A stretch of DNA of 64,000 bases from the human T2T-CHM13v2.0 reference genome, Homo sapiens. The notes under the pieces were generated by a model, which worked only from the letters and a program-made list of their open reading frames with translations, made no database searches and was not told the DNA's origin. Below, piece after piece: positions 41,623 through 54,700 of the stretch (the first letter of the stretch is position 1; the number at the start of each line of letters is the position of its first letter). The stretch is taken from NCBI RefSeq assembly GCF_009914755.1, contig NC_060941.1; one strand, given 5' to 3'. A program made the translations under genes and the position numbers.

Positions 41623-44600
41623 CTGCCCAGCTGTCTTGTTGGTACTACATTTTCCTTGTTTTTGTTTACTTAATAACTAAGTGATTATCAGATTACACAA
41701 TAATGTTTGCCCATTTAATGGTTTAAACTTGTTGAAAACAAAATTTTCTTGTCCGGATGTAATAAGATCTATCATGTCTGCCTTCTCTCATGATTCACAC
41801 CTCGGTAGCATCTTCTAGACCACGTTCTCTTCCTCTTCCTCCACAGAGGGCTGTTCATGTGATTCCCTGCATTTGGAATTGCATTTCTTACTCTCGCTTC
41901 AGGTACCCTCTACCAAAATGGGATTTGGTCAGTCACACTTCCAGTTATGCATTCCCTCTAGTGACCAATAGCGAGGAAAACCCATCTGCTCAGTGTGGCA
42001 TTCCTAGTCTGTGGGTCATTATTAAGCAATAAGCAAAGGGATAGCAATACCTGCATGTGGCCTTGGTGACCTCTACACTATTGAAATGGGTTTCCCTGAA
42101 TGTTTCAAATTTTGGGTCATATTCCATATCCTTAAATTTTTATACTTGGTGTTACTAATGGGTCAGTTTCTTAAATTGATACTTTGCTCTCCTATATTTT
42201 GTGTCATGTCTCTCCAGTTAATCTATTAGATTCCGGAAGACATAGTCCCATTTTTATTCCATAACTCATTGTTTTTTTTAAATGCCTCTAACTGTCTGTT
42301 AACATAATGCAGGTGTGTGTTTTCACTTTTTAAAAAAGAAATTTGAGATAATTGTAGATTTACATACAGCTGTAACAAACAGTCCCAGGAGAGGCTGTCT
42401 GTACTTCACCCAGGCTCCCTAACACTGTGTAACACCTGTATAATACTTTTAAGAATCTATCTACCCCCACTACTGTGTCTTGCATGATGTGCTTAATATA
42501 GAAAGAACTCAAGCTCAGTGAAATTAAAAACAATTAGTTATTTTTCAGATTGACGTATAATATTGTATTTACCACATACAACATAATATTTTGAAGTATA
42601 TATACATTGTGGAAGGATTAAATCTAGCTAATAAATGCATTACCTCTCATACCTATCATTTTTTTGTGGTGAGAACGCTTAATATCCATTCTTAGAATTT
42701 TTCAAGAATACAGTATGTACAATATATCATCATTAACTATAGTCACTATGCTATACAGTAGACCTCTTGAACTGATTCTTCCTGTCTAGCTACAATTATA
42801 TGTCTTTTGACCAGTATCTCCTCAAGCCCCTGACTCCCTAGCCACCCCTAGCCTCTGATTATCTTCATTCTCTGCTCTACTTCTATGATATCAACTTTTT
42901 TGAGTGCGATCATGTGAGTGAGATCATGTGCTATCTGTCTTTCTATGACTGATTTACTTCACTTAGCATAATTTCCTTGAGATGTATCCATGTTGTCACA
43001 AATGACAGAACTTCCGTCTTTTTACGGCCAAATAGTATTGCACTGAGTATATACTGCATTTTCTTTATCCCCTTACTCATTGGTGGACACTTGCACTGTG
43101 TGCATATCTTGGCAATTGTGAATAGTGCTGCAATAAATCTGGACATGCAGTTATTTCTTCAACATACTAAGTTCATTTCCTGTAGATATATAAGGTACCC
43201 AGAAGTGGATTGCTGGATAATACGGTAATTCCAGTTTTAATTTTTTGAGGAACCCTTATATTGTTTTCCATAATGGCTGAACTAATTTATATTCCCACCA
43301 ACAGTGTACGAGGGAGTTTTTTTCACATCCTTGCCAATACTTGTCATCTTTTGTCTTTTTGATGATAACCATTCTAACAGGAATAAGGTGATATCTCAAT
43401 GTGGTTTCGATTTGTATTTCCCTAATGATTAGTAATGTTGAGTACTTTTTCACAAACCTGTTAGCCATTTGTATGTCTTCTTTTGAGAAATGTCTAGTCA
43501 GGTCTTTTGCCCATTTTTAATCAGGTTTTTGTTTTCTTGCTTGTGAGCTGTTTGAGCTCCTTTTGTATTTTGGATGTTAACCCCTTATGAGATATATACT
43601 TTATAAATATTTTCTCCCATTCTGTAGGTTATCTCTTGACTCTTTTTGTGGTTTCCTTTGCTGTGTGGAAGCTTTTTAGTTTGATGTAATCTCAGTCATC
43701 CAATTTTTCTTTCGTCGCCTGTGCTTTTGAGGTCATATTCAAAAAGTCATTGCCGAGACCAATGTCATGAATCTTTCCCCCATGCTTTCTTCCAAAAATT
43801 TCATAGCCTCTGATCTTACATTCAAGCCATTAACCCATTTGAACTGATTTTTGCATACTGTAAGAAATAAGGGACTAATTTCATTCTTCTGCATGTGGAT
43901 ACCCAGTTTTCCTAACATAATTTATTGAAGAAACTGTCCTTCCCCCATTCTTGGCATCTTTGTTGAAAATCAATTGGTTATAAATGAGTGACTTTATTTC
44001 TGGTCTCTCTATTCCATTCCATTGGTCTGTGTGTCTGTTTTTATGTCAGAATGATGGTATTTTGGTTACTGCAGTGTTGTGGTTTATTTTGAAGTCAGGG
44101 AGTGTGGTGCTTCTAGCTATATTCTTAGTGTCCAAGATCACTTTGGTTTTTTGTGGTTCTATACAAATTTTAGAACTTTTTAAAAATATTTCTGTGAAGA
44201 ATGTCATTGGTATATTTATAGGGATTGTGTGAGATCTGTAGATTGCTTTAATAATATTTGGACAATATTGGAATAAACACAGGATATCATTCCATTTATT
44301 TGTGTTTTCATCAATTTCTTTCATCTGTGTTTTACAGTTTTCAGTGTAGATATCCTCACTTCCTTGGTTAAACTTGTTCCTAAGTATTTTATTTTATTGT
44401 AACTATTGTAAATGAAATAGTTTTCTTGATTTCTTTTTCAGATGGTTTGCTATTAGTGTATAGAAAACCTACTGGGTTTTGCATGTTGATTTTATACTCT
44501 GCAACCTTACTGAATTTGTTTATTAGTTCTCACAGTTTCTCAGTGAAGTCTTTAGGGTTTTCTACATATAAGATCATGTCATCTGCAAATAGAAACAATG

Positions 44601-45600
44601 TAACTTCTTCCTTTCCAATTCAGATATTTTTAAAATATTTTATTCGTGTAAATGTATAATTTTGTTACATGGATATATTGCATAATGGTCGAGTCAGGAC
44701 ATTTAGAGTATCCATCACTGAAATAACGTGCATTCTACCCATCAAGTAATTTCTCATCATCCTTCCCCCTCCTACACCCCTGCCCTTCAGACTCTCCATT
44801 GTCTGTCATTCCACACTCTACCTCCATGTGTACGCATCATTTGGCCCCACTGTAACTGAGAACATGCAGTATTTGTCTTTCTATGTCTGAGTTGTTTCAC
44901 TTAAGATAATGGCCTCCGGTTCCATCCATGTTTCTGCAAAAGACATGGTTTCATTATGTTTTATGGCTGAAGAGTATTCCATTGTTTATATATAGCACAT
45001 TTTCTTTATCCAGTCATCCACTGATGGACATTTAGGTTGATTCCATATGTTTGCTACTATAAATAGTGGTGCAATAAACATATGTGTGCAGGTATATTTT
45101 TGGTATAATGATTTCTTTTCCTTCAGGTAGACACTCAGTCATGGGATTGCTGGATCAAATGGTAGTTCTAGTTTTAGTTCTTTGAGAAATCTCCATACTG
45201 TTTTCCATAGCGGTTGTACTAATTTACATTCTCAACAACTGTTTATGTGTTCCCTTTCAGCTCCATCTTCATCAACATTTGTTATTTCTGTCTTTTTGAT
45301 AGCAGCCATTCTTACTGGTATAAGATGATCTCTCATGGTGGTTTTAATTTGCATTTGTTTAATGATTAGTGATGATAAGCATTATTTCAAATGCTTATTG
45401 GCCATTTGTATGTCATCTTTTGAAAAATGTCTGTTCATGTCCTTTTCCCCTTTTTAATGGAATTATTTGCAATGTTTTTGTTGGTAGAGTTCCTCTTAAA
45501 TTCTGGATATTAATCCCCTGTTGGATGGATAGTTTGCAGATATTTTCTCCCATTCTGCAGGTTGCCTGTTCACTCCATTGATTATGTCTTTTGCTGTGCA

Positions 45601-46146
45601 TGACAGACCAGGAGCACCATCATCTTGGACAAACACTGCCACTTGAAGTTGCAGCTCCCTTTCTAGCCTCATGCATTTCAAGGAAATCACTTCTCTTCTA
45701 ACTACAAGCAGCCAGAAACAGCAGACAGTAAAACACAGATAAGATAGCTCTGGCACAGAGGGAAGCAGGGGGAAAGTCTCTTGGGTAACTGCCAAACTTC
45801 ACCCTCGTACAATGGGCCCCAGTAAAAGAGTGGGCCTTAATAAGCACTTTCCTTTCCCTTCATGTGCACTAAGATAGGGAAGTTAAAAGCAGACTCGGGC
45901 TATGCCTGCAAGGGAATAGACACACAACTCTCCCTCCCAGATAAGCACAACAAAGAGACACAGAAGCAGTCCAAGCCTCTAAAAAACTCTCCCACCCTGA
46001 ATCCTTAAAAACTCTTAGTCTGTAAAAAGTGTGCCTCCAACCTAACTCAGCCAAATGCCACTCTTAGGTTTGTTTTCTCTAAAATAAACCTGTCTTAACT
46101 GGCAAGCCATCTTTCATGTTTCTTTCCTTTTTGTTTAATTCTTACA
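45601..46146 (+). mobile_element. Solo ERV1 LTR (LTR19-like)
   Basis: tgacagacc...tcttaca termini, aataaa at ~46083, TSD gtgca on both sides. Confidence 0.7.
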
Positions 46147-46172
46147 GTGCAGAAACTTTTTAGTTTAGATAA

Positions 46173-46616
<444 letters not shown>

Positions 46617-49600
46617 TAGCTTCATGTCTTACATTTAAGCCTTTAATGCATCTTGAGTTGATTTTTGTACATAGCGAGAGATAGGGATCTGGTTTCATTC
46701 TTTTGCAAAGGCAATCCAATGTACCCAGCATCATTTATTTATTGAATAGGATTTCCTTTCCCGTGTATGTTCTTATCAACTTTGTCAAAAATCAGTTTGC
46801 TGTAAGTATGTGGCTACACTTCTGGGTTCTCTATTCTGTTCCACTGATCTATGTGTCTATTTTTAACCCCAAACCATGTTGTTTTGGTTACTATAGCCTT
46901 TTAATATAATTTGAGAATGGATAACGTAATGCCTCCAGCTTCCCCACCCCCCTTTCGGATTGCTTTAGCTACTTGGGCTCTTTTTCACTTCCTTATCAAT
47001 TTTAGGATTTTTTTCCCTAATTCCATTAAAAATGACATTAGTATTTCAGTAGGAATTGCACTGAGTCTGTAGACTGCTTTGGGCAGTATGGTCATTTTAA
47101 CAGCATTAATTCTTCTGATCCGTGAGAATGAGATGTTTCCCATTTGTTTGTGTTATCTACAATTTCTTTTGTCAGTGTTTTGTAGTTTTCCTTGCAGGTA
47201 TCTTTCACCTCATTCGATAAATATATTCTTAAGTATTTTTATAACTATTGTAAATGAGATTGCATTCTTGATTTGGTATTCAGCTGGATCATTATTGGTG
47301 TATGCAAATGCTACTGATTTTTGCTTGTTGATTTCATATTCTGAAACTTTACTGAATTTGCTTATCAAATCCAAGAGTTTTTTGGTGGAGCCTTTAGGGT
47401 TTTCTAGATATAAGATCATGTCATCTTTTGCTGTGTGAAGCTTTTTAGTTTAAATAAGTCCTGTCTGCCAATTTTTGCTTTTGTTGCCTGTGCTTTTGAG
47501 ATCTTAGTCATGAATTCTTTGGCTAGATCAAGGTCTAGAAGAGTATTTCCTAGGTTTTCTTCTGGTATTTTTATAGTTTCATATTTTACATGTAAGTCTT
47601 TGATTTATCTTGAGTTGATTTTTGTACATGGTGAGAGAAATGGATCCAATTTCATTCAGCAAACAGAAATAATTTGCCTTTCTGTTTTCAAATTTGAGTA
47701 CTGTTTATCTCTTTCTCTTGCTTGATTGCTCTGGCTAGGGCTTCCAGTACTATGTTGAATAGGAGTGGTACAAGTTGTCATCCTAGTCTTGTTCCAGTTC
47801 TTAGGGAGAATGCTTTCAGTTTTTCCCTATTCAGTGTGATGTCAGCTATGGGTTTGTCATATGTGACCTTGACTATGTTGAGGTACATTCCCTCTATACC
47901 TAATTTGCTGTGAGTTTTTTCATAAAAATATTCTGAATTTTTAAAAATGCTTTTTTTTGCATCTACTTAAGTGATCATATGCTTTTCATCCTTCATTCTA
48001 TTAATGTGACGTATCATGTTTATTGATTTATGTGTGTTGGCCTAACCTTGCATCCCCTGAGTGAATCTCACTTGATCACGGTGAATGATCTTTTTAATAT
48101 GTTGTTGAATAAGGTTTCCTGGTATCCTGTTGAGTATTTTGTATTTTTGCACCTATGTTTATAAAGTATATTGGCCTATAATTTTCTTTTCTTGTAGTGT
48201 CCTTATCTGGCTTTGGTAAAGAGTAATGCTGTCATTATAAACAGATGTTGGAAATGTTCCCTCCTCTTCACTTTTTGTGGAAGAGTTTGATAAGGATTGG
48301 CATTAATCCTTCTTCAGATGCTTGTTAGAATTCACATGTGAAGCTATCTGGTATTGGGCTATTCTTTGCTGGGAGGTTTGTTATTGCTACTTTAATCTTC
48401 TTATTCATTATTGGACTCCTCAGATTTTCTATTCTTCATGTTTCAGTCTCGGTAGGTATTATGTTTCTAGGAATTCATCCATTCCTTCTAAGTTATCCAT
48501 ACATTTACACACAAACATACACAGACATACACATACACATACACATACTCATAAGTGCATGTAAAACTGATAAAACTAGAACAAGTTTTGTGGATTTTAC
48601 CAATGTCAGTTTGTGGGGTTTGACATGTACTCTAGTGATGGAATACGTGACGACTGGGGAAAACTGGGTGAAGGGTGCATAGGACTTTGCTGTACTTTTT
48701 TTTCTACTTTCTGTGAATTTATAGTTATTTCTAAATAAAAAGTTAAAAATATATATATGAGGATTATTGGGAAAAAAAGGGGAGCATGCTTTTACTTGCC
48801 AATCTCATTGAATATTTACGACATCCTTACTATATTTTGTGGCTATTGTGATCATTTCCTTAAAGAAAAGCAACCCTAGGCTGAGATAGTTAACATGTAC
48901 AAGAACATACCTGGTATGTAGTACAGTCAGAATTCAGCCCCAACTCTCTCTAATTCCCAAGTGCACAGTCTATACTGTATATAGAGCTTCCTTATCAGTT
49001 TAAATCCCTCCCTTTAAATAAGTTTAAATCACTTCATGGGATGCAGTTTATTGACGACTTTCTATTTCGGTGGCTGTTGCAATTCATAGCTCTTATGTTA
49101 GATGTATTAGGTTCAAATATGCCTCCTTTGATACATTTTCCTATTTCTGCTGTGAGACAGAATCCTAGTTTTGATTAAAAATCTCATTAGAGAATATCAA
49201 TTTAATTTTTCAATTGTATGATCCCCTGATAACATGTACTCTCGGGTTGTGCAGAAAAAGAGACAGAAATATGCATAGGCCAATTTATTAATAATAAACA
49301 GTGAAAGAGAACCATACACACAGATTGTCTCAAGTCTACCTAAATGATACCTCTTTTATTACACAGAACAGCTGTATTTTTTCTTTTATACACTTTTTTC
49401 TCTTTAAACTCATTGTTTTGTTGTCATTTTAGAAGTTCATTTTTTTTTATGTTTACCTAATTGATACCTCATCTGGAGGATTGGACCATCTATGAATCTT
49501 CTTCCTCTCCCACAGGTTGACCCATAGCTAGTGGTAACTGATGTCTGAGTGCAAAATTCCAACCACCTTGCCTCTCAGAAAGATGGGTCTGTGATACTAA

Positions 49601-49832
49601 TCACACTCTAGAGCTTCCTATGGGGTCAGAAGAGAAAATAATTCAATAAAAATCATGTTCTGCCTTAGGTTTTTAAACTCCTCTATTCTGCTTCCCAGTT
49701 TCTTACTGATTTCTCCTGAGAGCATTTTCTTATAAATCACTTATCCAAGAATCCTTGTTTTCGGTTCTATTTTGAGTGAATCCAACTTAGCACACCTCTT
49801 AAACACAGTTTCTTTTAGAATAAAAGTTACTA

Positions 49833-50195
<363 letters not shown>

Positions 50196-50244
50196 GAGAG
50201 AGAGAGATAAAGACAACTAGTCCAGAGATAACTGTGCCAAAACT

Positions 50245-50256
50245 GAGAAGAAGAAA

Positions 50257-50290
<34 letters not shown>

Positions 50291-50386
50291 AGAAGAAGAA
50301 GAAGAAGAAGAAGAAGAAGAAGAAGAAGAAGAAGAAGAGGAGGAGGAGGAGGAGGAGGAGGAGGAAGAGGAGGAGGAGGAAGAAGG
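50245..50386 (+). repeat. (GAA)23-(GAG)n trinucleotide tract
   Basis: Pure GAA at 50268-50336, followed by GAG repeats. Confidence 0.95.
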
Positions 50387-51428
50387 ATAAGAAAAATATT
50401 TATTTAGAACATTTACCTATTTACTAGACAGTATACTCAAGAGTTGACCGTGACACCAGGGTAACCACTGATATTGTATAAAAATGATTTAATTATGTTA
50501 CGTGAAATAGGCCAAGCACAGAAAGACAAATTGCTAATGGAATGGAACTCATGAAGATAAAGAATAGATTGCTGGTTATCAGAGTCAGAGGAGGGTGCCT
50601 GTGGGAAATGAAGAGGTGGATTGACGTGTACAAATATAAGTTAGAGATAAAAATATGACCTAGTATTCAATATAACTGTAGGATGACTATAGTTAACAAT
50701 GATCTATTAAACATTCCAAAGTAGCTACAAAAGAATAATTCAGATGTTCCTAGCATAAAGAAAAGATAAACTGTGATGGATAATCCAATTACCCTGATTG
50801 GATCTTTACAAATTATATGGATGTATCAAAATTTTATATGCGCATCTGCTACATATCAATAAAAAAGGAAAAATGTTTTGAAGGGCACTAATACTGAGGT
50901 TAGGAACACTGGTGTCTTAGATTGGGTCCCCACTGGAGCCGACCCAGGAGTATATTTGGGAGGTGGTCCCAAGAAGTGCTGTATGGAACACGAAAAATGC
51001 TCCAGGAAAGGGAGGGAAGTGAATACAAGATGAGTTAATGATCAGAATAGCCCTGTAGGTAGCTGGAATTTGGTGTCTCTGAGGACCACTGACATGCTGG
51101 TACAACATGCTCCCAACTGGAGGAGAAATAACTAAAGCATGTGTTCACCAACTCTCACTCATTTGTTGAATACTATTCCAAGAGGCTTTAACTCTACAGT
51201 CCAGAGCTTGCTCCTTGGCTAGAGAAACTCTTCAAGAAGAGAGTTCCAGGTGCTTGCTCTAAGAAACCACCATTGTATATTAGAATAAAGTGTGCTGAGG
51301 AAATAGAGGTGGTGCCCCTGAAATTACATTCTGCAGAGAAGAACAACAGAAAAATTGACTGGTAATTGACCACACTCAAAAAAGAAAAATAATGAGACAC
51401 AGTATCTGTATATTTCTATGCCTGAAAA

Positions 51429-51445
51429 TTTATTTAAGATTTATT
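51429..51445 (-). terminator. Tandem poly(A) signals AATAAA, KRTAP4-4
   Basis: tttatt at 51429-51434 and 51440-51445. Confidence 0.65.
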
Positions 51446-51950
51446 TAGATAAATATTTGTTTAAAATGGAATAGCTCCATATGAGAAATTATGGCAGAGA
51501 GCAAATATTTCAATTAAGATAGTTGACAGATTTCAGAGCAAATTACAACTTATGTTCATTTGGTAGAGAGGTAAAATGTGGGGGGAGCATATATTTGGAG
51601 GCCAGATTCAATCTAAGAATTGGTTGGAACTGAAGTTTTCCAACTAGCTTCCCATAACTCAGCTCATAGATGAGCTACATCAAGAATGCTGGTTGATGAG
51701 AATCTGGTGAGTCCAGATGACAGCCTCAGCAGCAAGAAGCACTAGAGCAGGTTGGGCGGCAGCACATGGTCTGGCAGCAGTTGGGGCGGCAGCAACTGGA
51801 GATGCAGCAGGAGAGCCTGCAGCAGCTGAAGCCACAGCAGGAGGAGCTACTGCTGCTAGAGATACTGCAGGAAGGCTGGCAGCAGCTGGAAATGCAATAG
51901 CTGGGGTGGCAGCAGGTGGTCCTGTAGCAGGTGGTTTGCCAGCAGATGGG

Positions 51951-52451
51951 CTAGCAGCATAGAGACTGGCCACAATGGGGCCTGTAGCACCTGGACACAC
52001 AGCAGCTGGGGCGGCAGCAGGTGGTTCTGCAGCAGGTGGTCTGGCAGCACTGGGGTCTGCAGCAGCTGGACACACAGTAGCTGGGGCAGCAGCAGGTGGG
52101 CTGGCAGCACACAGACTGGCAGCACTGGGGCCTGCAGCAGCTGGGGCGGCAGCAGGTGGTCCTACAGCAGGTAGTCTGGCAGCATTGGGGTCTGCAGCAG
52201 GTGGGCTGGCAGCACACAGACTGGCAGCACTGGGGTCTGCAGCAGCTGGACACACAGCAGCTGGGGTGGCAGCAGGTGGTCCTGCAGCAGGTGGTCTGGC
52301 AGCACTGGGGTCTGCAGCAGCTGGACACACAGCAGCTGGGGCGGCAGCAGGTGGTCCTGCAGCAGGTGGTCTGGCAGTAGCTGGGACGGCAGCAGTTCTC
52401 TAGGCCACAGCCCTGGTCAGAGCACACAGAGCCACAACAGGAGTTGACCAT
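51951..52451 (-). CDS. KRTAP4-4: Keratin-associated protein 4-4, 166 aa
   Basis: [29 protein letters not shown]...HCGQSLCC*; ends at TAG 51951-51953. Confidence 0.88.
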
Positions 52452-52533
52452 GGTGTCAGAGGGTGGAGGTTCTGGGTGGGTTTCCAGGAAGGAGGGTTTG
52501 GAAGGCTTGGAAGTCTCCTTGCCCCAGATCCTC

Positions 52534-52540
52534 TTTTATA
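52534..52540 (-). promoter_or_regulatory. TATA box of KRTAP4-4 (TATAAAA)
   Basis: ttttata ~85 bp upstream of the ATG. Confidence 0.8.
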
Positions 52541-53338
52541 CCCTGCTCAGGGCTGATGTCATCGGATGCAGCACTCTTTCCTTGTCATTGTTTGTTCTGA
52601 TGAGCAGGCAATTATCAAATTAGGCAAGTTTGTTTTTCTGCTTAAATTTGTCAACATGGAGAAAAGCATTATTTCCTTCCCCTGGTGTGTTAGGATTCTT
52701 CAGGTCAGCTCTTCTTGAACAACCTCTTGTGTGCCTCTTGCTGCAGCTTCCTCCTTGAGCTGCCATGTGACATCTGCCTGCAGGTACCATGTGCTGCAGC
52801 CTCATTTTCCTTAATACATTATGTCTGACCTTGGGTGATTTTAATTCTTCTAGGCCCGTAATTTTCTTTTGGTGACTCAGGAGGAGAAAGCTGTGCTTTA
52901 ATCTCATGGCATGTTTGTTATAGATCAAGTGAGCAATGAAGGTTTGAATGTGAAACAGGTGACCAGTGGCATGAAAACAAATACTATTAGGATATATTCC
53001 TTGCCACCTTCCATACAATGAATCATGACCCATTTTCTAGATGTTCTACTGGGGAAAGCAGAATTGTTTTAAGGTGGACATCTAAGTCATGAATTATCGA
53101 TGCTTCTTTTTCTTGAGAAACAACACTCCAAAACTCAGTTTCAGGGCCTTTAGGGGAAATTGGCTACAGAGATCAGCTATACTAAAAGGTTCAGGTCCCT
53201 CCGCTCTCTGCTCTGAGGGGCTGATTTTCCTTCTGACTTTTCCTTCCTGTCTCTCTGGCTTTAACAATCACATTGAGTCATCTCCTCTATTTCTAAGGTT
53301 TACTTGCCAACCTAAGGTAAAGGACCCAGTGTCCTTGC

Positions 53339-53531
53339 TATATATATATAATATATATATATATAATATATATTATATATATACATATATATACTATATA
53401 TAGTATACACACACACGTATATACACACTATATATAAATATACACACTATATATAAATATGCACACTATATATAAATATACACACATACACACACATATA
53501 TGTGTGTGTATGTATGTGTGTGTATGTGTGC

Positions 53532-53581
<50 letters not shown>

Positions 53582-54017
53582 GCACACATACACACACATT
53601 ATGTCTGACCTTGGGTGATTTTAATTCTTCTAGGCCCATAATTTTCTTTTGATGTATATGTATATATATATATACACACACACACACACAGGTTTGGGGG
53701 AATATATATATTCCGCCAAAGGACCTTAGGAATATATATATATATTATACATATATAGATGGGTAGATAGAGAACCTTATATATAGGTAATATAGGAATA
53801 TATATATTTACATATTTATGAATATATAATATATATTCTTCATATATGTTTGTATTTAATAGTATGTATAAATATATATATAATATATACAATAACATAT
53901 TTAGAAATATATATATTTATATATATATGTATTTACCTTTATCTCCTAAGGCCCTTTACCTTAGGAATATTATGCACACACACACACACACACACTCAAA
54001 CACACACACACACACAC
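53339..54017. repeat. Complex (TA)n/(CA)n/(TG)n low-complexity region with embedded copied snippets
   Basis: Directly visible; see finding. Confidence 0.9.
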
Positions 54018-54469
54018 TCCCCCAAACCTGGATGTTAAAGAAACCCAAGGAAGAAGGCAGAAACTTCCTGTCTTTGTGCCACCCTCCACTTTGGGATGCT
54101 CTTGGGTTAGCAATTTCTGTTTGGACTGGTCTCTCTGAGGATACTATGGACACCCCAACTCTGCTGAGGGTCTTTCCATAAAACATGCTCATCTAAATAT
54201 TTGGGGGCCATGAAGGTAAGAAAAAGTGAATATGCCAAATGGCAGAACCATGTTTCCAAAACTACAGAAATACTCTCACGAGGAATCAAACCTAACAAGA
54301 TGAAATATCAGAACCAATTGTAGATCAAATGAGTGGTTATTAATGCAGCATGGCAAACGAGATTGGGGAGGAGTGAATATATCTAAATTTACTGGGAGTA
54401 TTTATTTAACTATACACACACCCTAAGGTTGTGTCCCCTCTTAGCATCCCTTCACCAGATAGAATATTA

Positions 54470-54700
54470 CAAGTTGAGGACATCTTATCTGAAAATCTGA
54501 AATCTGAAATTCTCCAAAACCCAAACCTTTTTGAGTACCTATATGATGCTCAAAGAAAATGCCCAATAGAACATTTAGGATTTCATGTTTTTGCATTAGG
54601 GATGCTCAACAAGTATAATGCGAATATTCCAACTCTGAAAAAACTTGACATTTGAAACACTTCTGGTGCCAAGCATTTCAGATATGGGGTACTCAACCTG
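54470..54700. mobile_element. Tigger4/MER46-like DNA transposon
   Basis: Terminal inverted repeats caagttgag...ctcaacctg and a characteristic aaatctgaaatctgaaa interior. Confidence 0.7.

Noticed and set aside
49340-49370. AATAAA (minus strand) after the paralogous flank, suggesting another deleted KRTAP gene
   Set aside because: Removing the intervening MLT/Alu/L1 repeats places this flank close to KRTAP4-4, so it is more simply that gene's own downstream region.
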